Below, piece by piece: positions 11,501 through 20,582 of a stretch of DNA of 64,000 nucleotides. The notes under the pieces were generated by a model. It searched no databases and was not told the DNA's origin. It was given only the letters and a program-made list of their open reading frames with translations. The stretch comes from Diplonema japonicum (taxonomy: Eukaryota; Protista; Euglenozoa: Diplonemea): positions 682,001-746,000 of the forward strand of contig OZ025659.1 in NCBI GenBank assembly GCA_964019335.1, written 5' to 3'. Numbering within the stretch: the first letter of the stretch is position 1; every line of letters begins with the position of its first letter. A program made the position numbers and the translations under genes.

Positions 11501-14500
11501 TACCAACGAGCAGAAGGCTGATGAAGAGTTTGGGTATGAAGCGGACCCCGAGTGGGCGGTTAGGTCTGTTGTGCAGGTGGTACCTGAGGGGGGGAGTGAG
11601 GGATTGAAACTGCACGTCCGCATCACACAGGTTGACACGCGCACATCGCGCATGGATGTGGCAGAAGTGCAATGGGAAGGCGTGCAGAACCCTGCCCAGT
11701 GTCACAATGCACGTTCTCTTCGTCCAAACACCTCATATGCCGTCGAGTTCCGTCACGAGTCAAGTTGCGGCGCCCTCACTTCGTGGAGCGCTTTATTGCA
11801 GATCAGCACGCTGCCCCCTTTGGTGCCTTCCACAGATTTCTTAGGCGAACAGTTCGCCTTGCTCTCCTGGAAGCGACGGGAGACGGGACTAGAAGAATAC
11901 ACCAAATACATGCCACATCTCTATCAGGTGCGGGTCAAGGAAGTATCACTCCAGCCACAGAACAGGACTGTCGCATGTACCACACACAATGAAGTGTCCA
12001 CAGAGCTTTTCAGCACAACTATCGAGACCTCGTCTAGGTGCACGGTGGTAACAGGACTGCAGGCACGATCGCATTACATGGCGCAGGCAAGACAGAAAAC
12101 TTCAACACAGGAAGGCGGGTGGGGTGTGTGGTCTGACCCCATACGGTTCAACACCCTGCCTGTGATGCGTCCCAGTGTCGTCAGCAAAGGACAAGATTAT
12201 CTGCATGTGTCATGGGAAAGGGAAGGAAAACATGCAGGACCAACGCACCCGATCTTGGCCATTTCGCATAAACCAGATTGGCAGCAACGGATGTCACCCT
12301 TGGTGGGCGCCACCGTGCGTGTTGTCGAGCACACCACAGGTGCGGTTATCGAGGAGGCTGACGTACAGTGCACGGAGACCGACAGCGCCAGCAGGGAATA
12401 CATCACTACCATGAGCCTTACTCACGATACTGTCTACGCGGTGTCTGTGAAGATGCACTATCAGCCAGAGGCGGAGCTTCTCCCAGAACGTGTGTTCTTC
12501 ATCAGCGACTGGGGGCCAAGCACCTTTATCCCAACGCTTCCTTGCATATCACTCGGCATCAAGGATGTGCGTGAAACGTGTGTCGTGGTGAAATGGACGC
12601 GCCCACCAGTCAAAGAGATGAGTATTTACAAAACTCTAAAGAAAAACGAGGCAGCAAAGCTGCAGGGCACATCAAATGAGTTGCAGGTGAGTTGCAGCGA
12701 AAGTGTGATGGAGATGTACACTGGTTGTGATTTCCTTCCCGACACTGGTACTGTGATGCTTCCGAAGATCGACTTCAGTGGGCACATACCCGACGTGGAG
12801 ACTTGGTACTTGGAGGTGGAGGCTATCGATGGGGACCCTGCGAAGCCGTTCAGCTTGGATGAGTGTCTTGTCGAAGGCATCGAGTCCACCGTTCCTTGGA
12901 ACGAGCGCACCAAGAAATCCGGAACGAAGGTGCTTTATGCAGAGCTCAAGGGCAGCATGACAGCGTGCTGCAACAATCTGCCCGTGATGCGGCTCCTTCC
13001 GGACAGGGTGTATACTATTCGGATAAAGCTGCTCGACTCCGAGGGCCGGGACGCACCGTGGTCGCCTGCTGTGACGGCTGTGACCTTGCCTATTCCGAAG
13101 GTAGAAGTGCTCAGCGTGTCGGAGACATATGCAATGCTGTCATGGCATCGGCCGAGGTTCAGCTCGGCATTAGTCCGCAACAAGACAATACAGTGTGACT
13201 ACGGCACAGACACTGCGTGCCAGTTACTAGTGGTGTCCAACGCGGGGTACGGCGGGGTCACTGAGGCAAAGTGCATTGTGGACACAGTTCTCGAGGTGAA
13301 CTACGGGACTTTCCGGGTTCAAGGCCTCGTTCCTGGTGGCAGATACTCCGCGCTCATACGGTATAAGAATGCTTGGAGAGACAGACCCTCTCTGAATGGC
13401 CCATGGTCGCCGGTTGCAAGGTTTGGCGCATTGACGGGGGCATGGGCCAAGCTGAAGGTAAGCGATATTGGGCAAGACTTTTGCAGGTTAGTATGGATGG
13501 TCCCACAACCTTCGGTGACAGAGCAGTGTAAAGGGTGGATGGAGTGCCTGCCCGACGAACAAGGCGACTGTTTTCAAAAGCTGTACAGCATAAGCTACTA
13601 CCGAGGCAGCCCTTTGAAGTTCTCCGGATCGAAGGCTTTCATCGCAATGCCTGTCCCGGAGCAAATAAGAAGCTTCAGAGTCCGAGCGGTTCCCGAAGGC
13701 GGTGGGGAGACCGGGGAGCACGTCGTCGATAACCCGATGGTAGAAGACTCACAGGCAACATTGATAAAGTACAACATTCCGAACCTTGTACCAGACACCA
13801 CATATGACGTCGGAGTGATTTCAGTATATGAGGGCGGGTCCGAAGGTGTGTGGGGCGGCGGGATGGGGAAGGAGTTCTTGCGCATGGCAACAATGCAACT
13901 GGCAGAGTTCCAGGTTATTAGTATTGGGGAGACATGGGGGCATTTCGGGGTGAGGATACCGGTGCAAGAGAGAGAAGCAGGTTGCCAAAGAGTGGCACGG
14001 AGCAAGCCGTGCGTGTTTGAGATTTCACTTAACGAGACATTACTGCCGCAGTATCTGACGATGAATGAAAAACCTGAGGAGTACAGTGACTTGCGGTTGC
14101 TGAAGCTGAAGAGAGACACCATGTACTCTGTGATGCTGAGGGAGACACGCTACGGTACTGCATGGGGGGGATGGCAGGCCATGGCGACATTTTCCACACA
14201 ACCCCATCCCCCACAAGTAGGCGAACTTCTAGCATGCAAAGATGGTTGGGTGACATTTGACTGGGGTGTGTACGACCCCAAACGCGGTGTAGGTGTAAAA
14301 CTAACCGGCAACAACGTCCCTGAGGAGTACATGTTCAACGTAGAAATGCGCAAGGTGAAGCCTGACAAAGTGGAACCTCCAGACAGCACGCTAAAACAAA
14401 CCTCTTCAACCTTGATGAATTCAGAGGACTCTGTGTTCCATACAATGGCAAAGGGGTACCGACCTCCTAAAGAGGGTAACGGCCCTCCATTACCTTACAT

Positions 14501-15479
14501 TGAGTGGGACGGTGAATGGAAGGAGGTTGGCGTGACAGAAAAGCCTCAAATCACGATGCCGATGAAGGGAAAGATATCGGAATATTTTTTCAAGGTCAGG
14601 CTGTCGAAGCACTTTGTTGGCCAGGCCGGCAGGCTAATCCCGACGTGGGGGGAGTACTCCACAATGTTTCATTGGGAACCGCCGCCCTTTCCAAAACCCG
14701 CAACAAGACTACGTGTCACCGAGATGTCTGCTCATCACGCGGTCATACAGTGGGACCTTCCGAAGAACTATAAAAGACAACCAGGGCTAGTTTTTAACGT
14801 ATTCGATGATTTGTCGCTTACAGGGTGCCCCCCGCAGTGGGCTCTGATACACACGACGCCGACGACATCCTTTACGTATGAGCGGCTTTCCCCTGCCACG
14901 AACAAACGGGTGATGATACACGCAGAGTCCTCCTTTGGGAAAGCACAGAAAAGCAACTGTCTGTCGTTTACAACTCACACCTCTTCACCGGTTGAGGAGA
15001 GTTGCATACGGCCCTCTACGGCGCCCACTGTCACGGTCGTTTCACCGCATCGGAGGAGAGTTGAAAAACTGTGCAAGATTGAGTTGCAACAAAGAAGCCT
15101 GGTGACGAAAGGTGTCCCAGGCGTCCCGAAGCCGGTGAAGCCGACCAACCTCTTCGACAAGTATCGCAAGGCAAACAGCAGGATGACCAGTGTAGTCCAG
15201 CGTCTGAGCGTGACCCGCCCTATTTCAAAAACTGGTAAGCGTATATTAGCGGTGGTTCGGCGTGGCCGTGGAGCGCTGCAACCCCTTGCTGAAGACGTAA
15301 CTCCTGAACCTGACGCGCTTCAGAACCCGTTCCAACGGACTTCATCCTTCATGCTTTCCTCGTCCATGCAACTAAGCCCCGAGCCGGACTTGCCCTTGTT
15401 GAAACGGAGAAACACCGAGCTTCTGCCAGCCGTGGAATCTCAGGATTGCGTGCTGCAGCGTGCCTCAAGCGTGAGATGA
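8565..15479 (+). CDS. Giant multi-fibronectin type III repeat protein (2304 aa), apparently intracellular
   Basis: Recurring FN3 signatures (xxSW, LxPxTxY as in LTPGTTY, LNPDHVY, LDPDTEY, LRPNTSY, LVPDTTY, and WGxWS/WSP). No signal peptide or TM segment seen; no introns. Confidence 0.8.
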   Translation: MADALYVVAVWYDYVVLGIPRFANGGMPEEYYVKVEGGEKGLERKFERSEAKKKGWEIIFDNLTPGTTYKASICCGRDRCGGEVGFETAKMPTVKQGVVAHDSVNIIWDTGTEQYSPASELHVELDMCTKPTLVLSSHVRALCFVSTVTHGEQCLTDLTINEVYYVSVRCGYKPPTDSKPHWGPWCTQIPMVTLPPVTFTFKSIGPNYVRFSWSRPVRHVQSTGFHPPTHAAIHNLTVQIWEQPTSTSTQLFRREVVCPDSEDPYTEKSNTVSGLAPGKIHHLVVFYSNFTGEVSAQCLYRFSTLSELEIRTIHVNQSVITILGAMRQMARLRSCNLQLHYPADDVQNRYGAAGTPMPCSERWINIASVEPERYAVRCIEIDTGKTCIRSWRDCTEMTIPDLTPGAAYSLTTRMLVNGCWSCWGNHFIVGTLHEMGIRVVGRTSTEMRVMWGRPEPWPPIPIPREKADYVYTHVADEQEDYEGSEDNEEGSVEHICEDVDEVGVTLWKEGGLLPENDDDCRMAGSHESDASKADIIVPREKRTHVFTGLEEESLYSFRLAIKQAGRWVTCDSSCAMTLSKADEVLPWDAEDGIWYHSPRVKEGVADVPPVLHLLNVSESYVGLEWKLPPVKHQICSETGRESVSALLSGARQLEGKKRVRIVDPVNSVVSGATSSASLREYKAVLHQVTKPETTRTLYFRAVLAKVHLTGLNPDHVYTVTLCSHDPVSCSWGKPSNAITFRSLQPTVLQIFDIHKDLISFSWTRSRSTDKDVDSSIGIKYHKVVLRSDRETVEKKVVNKNSYNHHLYSLVPWTLYTASVSPFYSGELWGTPSTMLSFFYAYIEPRIDVVTWDQVHLSWEPVLTSLPEAPGKWILNISGPNVDSCIELPPNASGYHIASLDPDTEYAVVLVFAHQLSREAFADAKKPASASSEPLSTCLRTVSVPVPKLVSVGEDFAVVSCPLTYCHGEGRKPHINQVAYTNEQKADEEFGYEADPEWAVRSVVQVVPEGGSEGLKLHVRITQVDTRTSRMDVAEVQWEGVQNPAQCHNARSLRPNTSYAVEFRHESSCGALTSWSALLQISTLPPLVPSTDFLGEQFALLSWKRRETGLEEYTKYMPHLYQVRVKEVSLQPQNRTVACTTHNEVSTELFSTTIETSSRCTVVTGLQARSHYMAQARQKTSTQEGGWGVWSDPIRFNTLPVMRPSVVSKGQDYLHVSWEREGKHAGPTHPILAISHKPDWQQRMSPLVGATVRVVEHTTGAVIEEADVQCTETDSASREYITTMSLTHDTVYAVSVKMHYQPEAELLPERVFFISDWGPSTFIPTLPCISLGIKDVRETCVVVKWTRPPVKEMSIYKTLKKNEAAKLQGTSNELQVSCSESVMEMYTGCDFLPDTGTVMLPKIDFSGHIPDVETWYLEVEAIDGDPAKPFSLDECLVEGIESTVPWNERTKKSGTKVLYAELKGSMTACCNNLPVMRLLPDRVYTIRIKLLDSEGRDAPWSPAVTAVTLPIPKVEVLSVSETYAMLSWHRPRFSSALVRNKTIQCDYGTDTACQLLVVSNAGYGGVTEAKCIVDTVLEVNYGTFRVQGLVPGGRYSALIRYKNAWRDRPSLNGPWSPVARFGALTGAWAKLKVSDIGQDFCRLVWMVPQPSVTEQCKGWMECLPDEQGDCFQKLYSISYYRGSPLKFSGSKAFIAMPVPEQIRSFRVRAVPEGGGETGEHVVDNPMVEDSQATLIKYNIPNLVPDTTYDVGVISVYEGGSEGVWGGGMGKEFLRMATMQLAEFQVISIGETWGHFGVRIPVQEREAGCQRVARSKPCVFEISLNETLLPQYLTMNEKPEEYSDLRLLKLKRDTMYSVMLRETRYGTAWGGWQAMATFSTQPHPPQVGELLACKDGWVTFDWGVYDPKRGVGVKLTGNNVPEEYMFNVEMRKVKPDKVEPPDSTLKQTSSTLMNSEDSVFHTMAKGYRPPKEGNGPPLPYIEWDGEWKEVGVTEKPQITMPMKGKISEYFFKVRLSKHFVGQAGRLIPTWGEYSTMFHWEPPPFPKPATRLRVTEMSAHHAVIQWDLPKNYKRQPGLVFNVFDDLSLTGCPPQWALIHTTPTTSFTYERLSPATNKRVMIHAESSFGKAQKSNCLSFTTHTSSPVEESCIRPSTAPTVTVVSPHRRRVEKLCKIELQQRSLVTKGVPGVPKPVKPTNLFDKYRKANSRMTSVVQRLSVTRPISKTGKRILAVVRRGRGALQPLAEDVTPEPDALQNPFQRTSSFMLSSSMQLSPEPDLPLLKRRNTELLPAVESQDCVLQRASSVR

Positions 15480-15679
15480 GCAACTTTTTCATTGCAACAA
15501 CCTTTGTTACCCCCCTTTTTATCTTTTTAGTACGAAACGGTCCATCTCTCTCTCGTCTTTACTTCCGTAAATGAAAGGGAGAAGGGTTAAGGTCTTTTCT
15601 TTGTTTTTCATTTGGCGCTACGTTTTCTTTTAAAAGCACATGTCATGCTGTAAACCACCACAGAACTGTGACAAAGTAG

Positions 15680-17314
15680 ATGGCAGAACCCAAGAAAAAA
15701 ATGTCTGTGAAGGAGGGGAAGGAAGAACCCAGCAGACGAGGACGGGGCAGAGGGGGCGTCGGGCGCTCCAGCCGAGGAGGGGGCAGGCGAGAGGACGACT
15801 GGGGCGAGAGCAATGGAAAGATCTACGACAAGGAATACAAGAATTATGACTACGGCAACGATTATGATTACGACTACAACTACAACTATAGTTACGAGAG
15901 GCGCCGGACGCACAGGGAGCGGGATAGAGAGAAAGACGACCATAGAAGAGACAACTACGAAGGGAGAAAGGGTGGTGACAGAGACAGGGAGCGTGAAAGG
16001 GAACGAGAGCGGGAACGGGAGAGAGAAAGGGAACGGGAAAGGGAGAAAGAAAAAGACAGAGGAGACAGGGACAACAGGCGGGATCGAACACGGTACGACT
16101 ATGACTATGAAGGTTACGACCGATCGGCGAGGGGCAGGGCAAGAGGAAACGCTGGTCGTTACGCGCCCAACCACTACCGAGAGGACAGGGAAGACAGGAA
16201 GGGGTCTGGGTGGCGAGGGAACAGATACAACGACGACGCACCGAAGAAATCTGACCGCCGAACGAACAACAACGAGTCGCGAGACCGCTTGCAGAAAGAA
16301 TGCCTCTTGGACAAGGGTCCCAGCCTTCCTCATGACGTCTGCCTCTCGAACCTTCTGATAGACGAGCTCACTGAGGAGACTATCGTCGAGGTTCTTGACG
16401 AGGGTTACTGGTGGCCGCACGACACCGCCAAGGGTAGAGCCATGCAGTATTTCGGTTGGCAGTACGACGAAGACAAACGGTTAGCCCACCAGGTGGATGC
16501 CTCCATCCCTTCCTACTTAAAGAAGGAGGTCCTTGCACCGCTCAGAGAACTCCCTCAGGGCGGCATGAACACCTTCCCACTCACGGTAGAACCTGACCAT
16601 GTCCTGGCCTTCGAGCAAGACTGGAGAAGTTCCGAAACAGAAGTCAGCTTGGACCCTGCTCTCCCTGCAAATTCCTCTAACGCCTTCGCTCCGTGCGTTG
16701 CCCTCGTGTGCCTCAACAACTCATGCTCCATCACCTTCAACAAGGATTCAAAGCCCATGACAGTGAACATACCCAGGAGAAGCGCTGTCATCTTGCGCGA
16801 CTCTGCTCTGGAAGGCACCCACTGTCTCCTCCACCAAGAAGACACACCTAAGGAACTCCGCACGGTTTTCTTAGTGTTCAGGCTCCTCAGCGACTCAAAG
16901 AAAACTAGGCTCAAAGAAGGGAACGTGTGGTGCGGCCCTAACAAGTTAGAAGTATGGACGTCAGCAAAGCTACAGCGCCACTCCGACATGATCCAAGAGA
17001 TGAAGGAACGATGCAAAAACTATGCAGAGCTGAGAAAGAAGAAGATAGAGGAGCAAGGGGCGATACTTGAAGCGATTGAGAGGGAAGAAAAGGAGGCACA
17101 AGAGCAGCTTGAGGCGAGGCAAGCAGAAATAGAGCATCAGCATGAGCTGCAACAAAAGGAACACGAACAGCTCCAACAGCAACAGCAACAACAACAGCAA
17201 CAACATCAGCACCAACAGCAACAGCACCAGCAGCCTATGCATCACCCACAGCAGCAAGCTCCGCATTTCCAGCACCACCAGCCTCCGCAGCCGCAGCACC
17301 CGATGCACCCGCCT

Positions 17315-17349
<35 letters not shown>

Positions 17350-19429
17350 TGGCGTGGTTCCCAACAACGAGCTGTTTGGCGAGAACATTCCTTCACCGCC
17401 GCGTGAAGGGGATGAAAAGTTGCTGACCGCCATGTTTGCCTCTCTCAGTTCTGACCCGGCACACCCCCAGGACTTCCCTGACCCACCTCACGCTCACGAC
17501 GACCGCAACTACGGTGGCCTCGACAGCTTCGACTCCTACGCACCCCTCTACCAGTCTTCTCAGCATCCTGACCCTGCGCCTAGGGAGCAGCACGAGCAAA
17601 ACTACCCGAAGCCAGGACCTGGTGACCAGCCTGCTGCGTGGAACCCAAGTATGCACGCCCGCGAGTCCGTGCAGCCCAACGCAGGCTACTATCAGTCGTC
17701 TGGGCCGGGCTACCAGTCAACTCCTCAGCACCGCCCTGCTGGACAGGCACCACCGGGGCCTCCAGGGCAAGCACCTCCAGGCCCTCCCGGACAGGGTATT
17801 TCTGGGCAAGGACCCCTCAGACAAGGCCCTCCGGCACAAGGACCACCGAGCCAAAGCCTTGGGATGCACCAGCAGCCACAGCTACGTCAGGTTGTCATGC
17901 AACAACAACCTCCTGCTCAACCCATGCACCAGCAGCGTCAAATGCAACCACCTCTCATGCAAGCAGTGCCCCAAAGCTCTTCTTCCTTTGGTCCTCCTGG
18001 TCCACCTGGACAAGGAATGGGGTCTCACCCTGGGGCGCCACCTAGTCAGAGCTCAGCTGGTCAAAGCCAAGGGATGATGCAAGGCCCTCCGCTTCCGCCC
18101 TCCGAACGCCCTCAGGGCAGGGAACGCTGGGGACAGAACCTTTCCCGTGAGAAAGAGATGGAGATGAAAGGCTACGGCAATGTGGGTGGATTGAACGTCA
18201 ACGCGAAACCCTTCACACCGCCGCCTCTTGCGGACATGCCTGCTAGGCAGCCACCACCCATGCCAGGTGTGCGGGGAATTCAATCAACAACACTCACAGA
18301 GTACGAAATGCAAGACGGGCCGAGGCAAGGCTTTTTGGGAGGGCAGCAGCAGCAACAACAACAGCCACCCCCGCAGCAACAACAACAACAACAACAGCCG
18401 CCCCCTCAACAGCAGCAGCAGCAACAGCCACCCCCGCAGCAACAGCAAGGCCAACAAATTGTGCAAAGGCCTGCACCTGGCCCTCAAAGGCACCCCCAGC
18501 ACCCCATGGCCCAGCAGCCGGTATGATAGTTTGTGGTTTTATGTCATTCATTGCAGATCGGTGGAGGCAGCCAGCCGATGTACAGCTACGGCAGCCAGGG
18601 CGGCCAACCACAGCAGCCCCCGCCGCCCCCACCCCCACAGCCTCAGCAGCAAGGTCAGGGACAAGGTCAGATGATAGGGATGGATCAGAGCAGAATGCAG
18701 GTATGATATTACTGAACTGCTATAAAATTACACATTCCACAGTATACTTTCAAGTCTCAGGTGTCGAATGTGCCTACTGGTGACGCGCAGGGGCAGGGGC
18801 AGGTCCAGAGGGTTCAGGTATGCACGGTCGTATATTGGAATCCTTCGCTACAGTACATGCCGGCGCAGCAGCAGCAGTCTCAACATAGGAATATGAACGT
18901 GAGGCCTATTGCGACGCAGAGCGGGCCGCCGATGCAGCTGTCGGCGATGATAAGAGGCAAGCAGCAGATGACGGTGGCGGCACCACAGGGAGCGCCCATG
19001 CCTGTGAGGCAGCAAGCACCTCCGCCGCCGTCGCAGCAGATGAGATACAGCATGGCACCTGTAGGGCAGCAGCAACAGCAGCAGCCGCCACCGCCGCCGC
19101 AGCAGCCACCGCAACAGCAGCAGCAGCAGGTCCCGCAAAGTCAGGTTCCGTCGAGTGTATTCATGCACGGGAGTGAGTATGGGTCTGGTGCTGCTCAAGG
19201 ACCGCCTGCGGGTGGCATGGGCGAGCCTCTTTCAAGGATGTCCCAACCACCCCCCATGCAGCCGGCCCACCCCTCCCGGCAGCAACAGCCTATGACCGCT
19301 CCAAAGCCCTCTCCCCCACAGCAATCCCCACCAACTCAGCCCCCCCCGCCTTCGTCCAGCGGGCTCTTCAACAGATGTGTAAGCCAGCAGCCACAGCCCC
19401 CACAACAGCCGCAGCCTCCTCAGATGTAG
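15680..19429 (+). CDS. RE/RG-rich protein with degenerate AlkB (2OG-Fe) domain, coiled coil, PAM2 motif and Q/P-rich prion-like C-terminus; exons 15680-18520, 18557-18700, 18743-18817, 18854-19429
   Basis: AlkB-like GRAMQYFGWQY...PDH...VALVCLNNSCSITF...IPRRSAVIL...TH...RTVFLVFR at ~16330-16885. PAM2-like LNVNAKPFTP at 18191-18220. Three GTATG...CAG introns (36, 42, 36 nt) keep the frame. Confidence 0.75.
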
Positions 19430-20502
19430 GCGTAAAAAAGATTGGAAGAAAAAGAATGAGTGTTTTCCCCATTGATGTCACCCAGTTATTATTCCCCTTT
19501 TTTTTAATAGTGTGTATTTTGCTCTTCAGATGAAGGCATAATGAAATAAGCAATAACGAAAACATTAACATAGAAGAAGGGGGGGGGAGAAGAAAAAATA
19601 TTATGTGCATTATAACTGACTCCACCCCATTCCCTTGTTCCCTTGGACGTACCTCTCTCTCCTTTCCTCCTCCCTTTCCATTATTGAGGTAAATAAAAGA
19701 GTAGTGTGTGATGTAAGTACCGGCACAGGTAAAAATAAATAAGAAAAAAAAGATATTCCCTGCCCCCCCTCCCCGTCTCCTTTGTCAAAAATAGGGACAA
19801 TGGCAGCTACAAATTACGCGAACTGCTTTCACCCCCTTCCCCCCCTTTAAAATTTAAGAATAACAACACCCTTGTATTTTTTTTTCAGAATAAGAATGGA
19901 AGAGATGAAGAAAAATAAATGAATTCAAAAAGAAAAAATGAAATAAATTTTGCTAATAATCCAAACACTCCTTCCTTTTCTTATTTAATGACACTGGTAA
20001 AATGGTATTCTGTAAATCTCTTTATCCTTTCCCGGAAAAAGGAGGACACTCTTTCCGGATCAAATTAAGAGATTTACAGTTCTTCTTTTTTCCTCTTCAC
20101 GAGGGTGAGAGTCAGTAGCTGGTGACCTGACTCTTATACCAGTACGCCGTACTTTGGGATCAGCAGCCCCGCTCCCAGCTGACCTTTTACCGGTTCACTG
20201 TTTTTTTTTCTCTCTTTTTTTCCTTTGACTAGAAAAAGAACCTTTGGGTAGTGAACTTTGCCCCCCCCCATTTTTTTAAATGGAAATTGGCCAAGGAAAA
20301 AAAGCGCACACACACACACACACACACAACAAAATAACCGGGGGGGGGGGGGGGGGGGGCGCAGTGGGGCATTAGTATTGGCGCATTGTTTTCATTTCTT
20401 TATGGTGCATTCTAACAAAAAAAAGCTTTTTTTTCTTCTCCCCTTCCACCACGGTATTAATAATAATATATAAAAAAAGGATTTTCTTTGTTTTATTCTT
20501 CA

Positions 20503-20569
20503 TCCACCCCTCCCCCTTATTTTTTCTTCTTTTTTCTCTTTCATATTTTCTTTCTAACCACCCACACAG
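20503..20569 (+). promoter_or_regulatory. Putative trans-splice acceptor upstream of the Sfi1-like gene
   Basis: Long pyrimidine tract ending CCACACAG, 13 nt before ATG 20583. Confidence 0.5.
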
Positions 20570-20582
20570 TACACCTGCCCAA

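Noticed and set aside
15980-16060. GA-rich tandem repeat (also the CAG/CAA runs at 17160-17350 and 18340-18450)
   Set aside because: These are coding RE-dipeptide and poly-Gln tracts, not independent repeats or CRISPR-like arrays.
20176-20215. U5 snRNA-like loop (CCTTTTAC) in a weak stem
   Set aside because: No Sm site or 3' stem-loop, and the stem is mostly G-U pairs.
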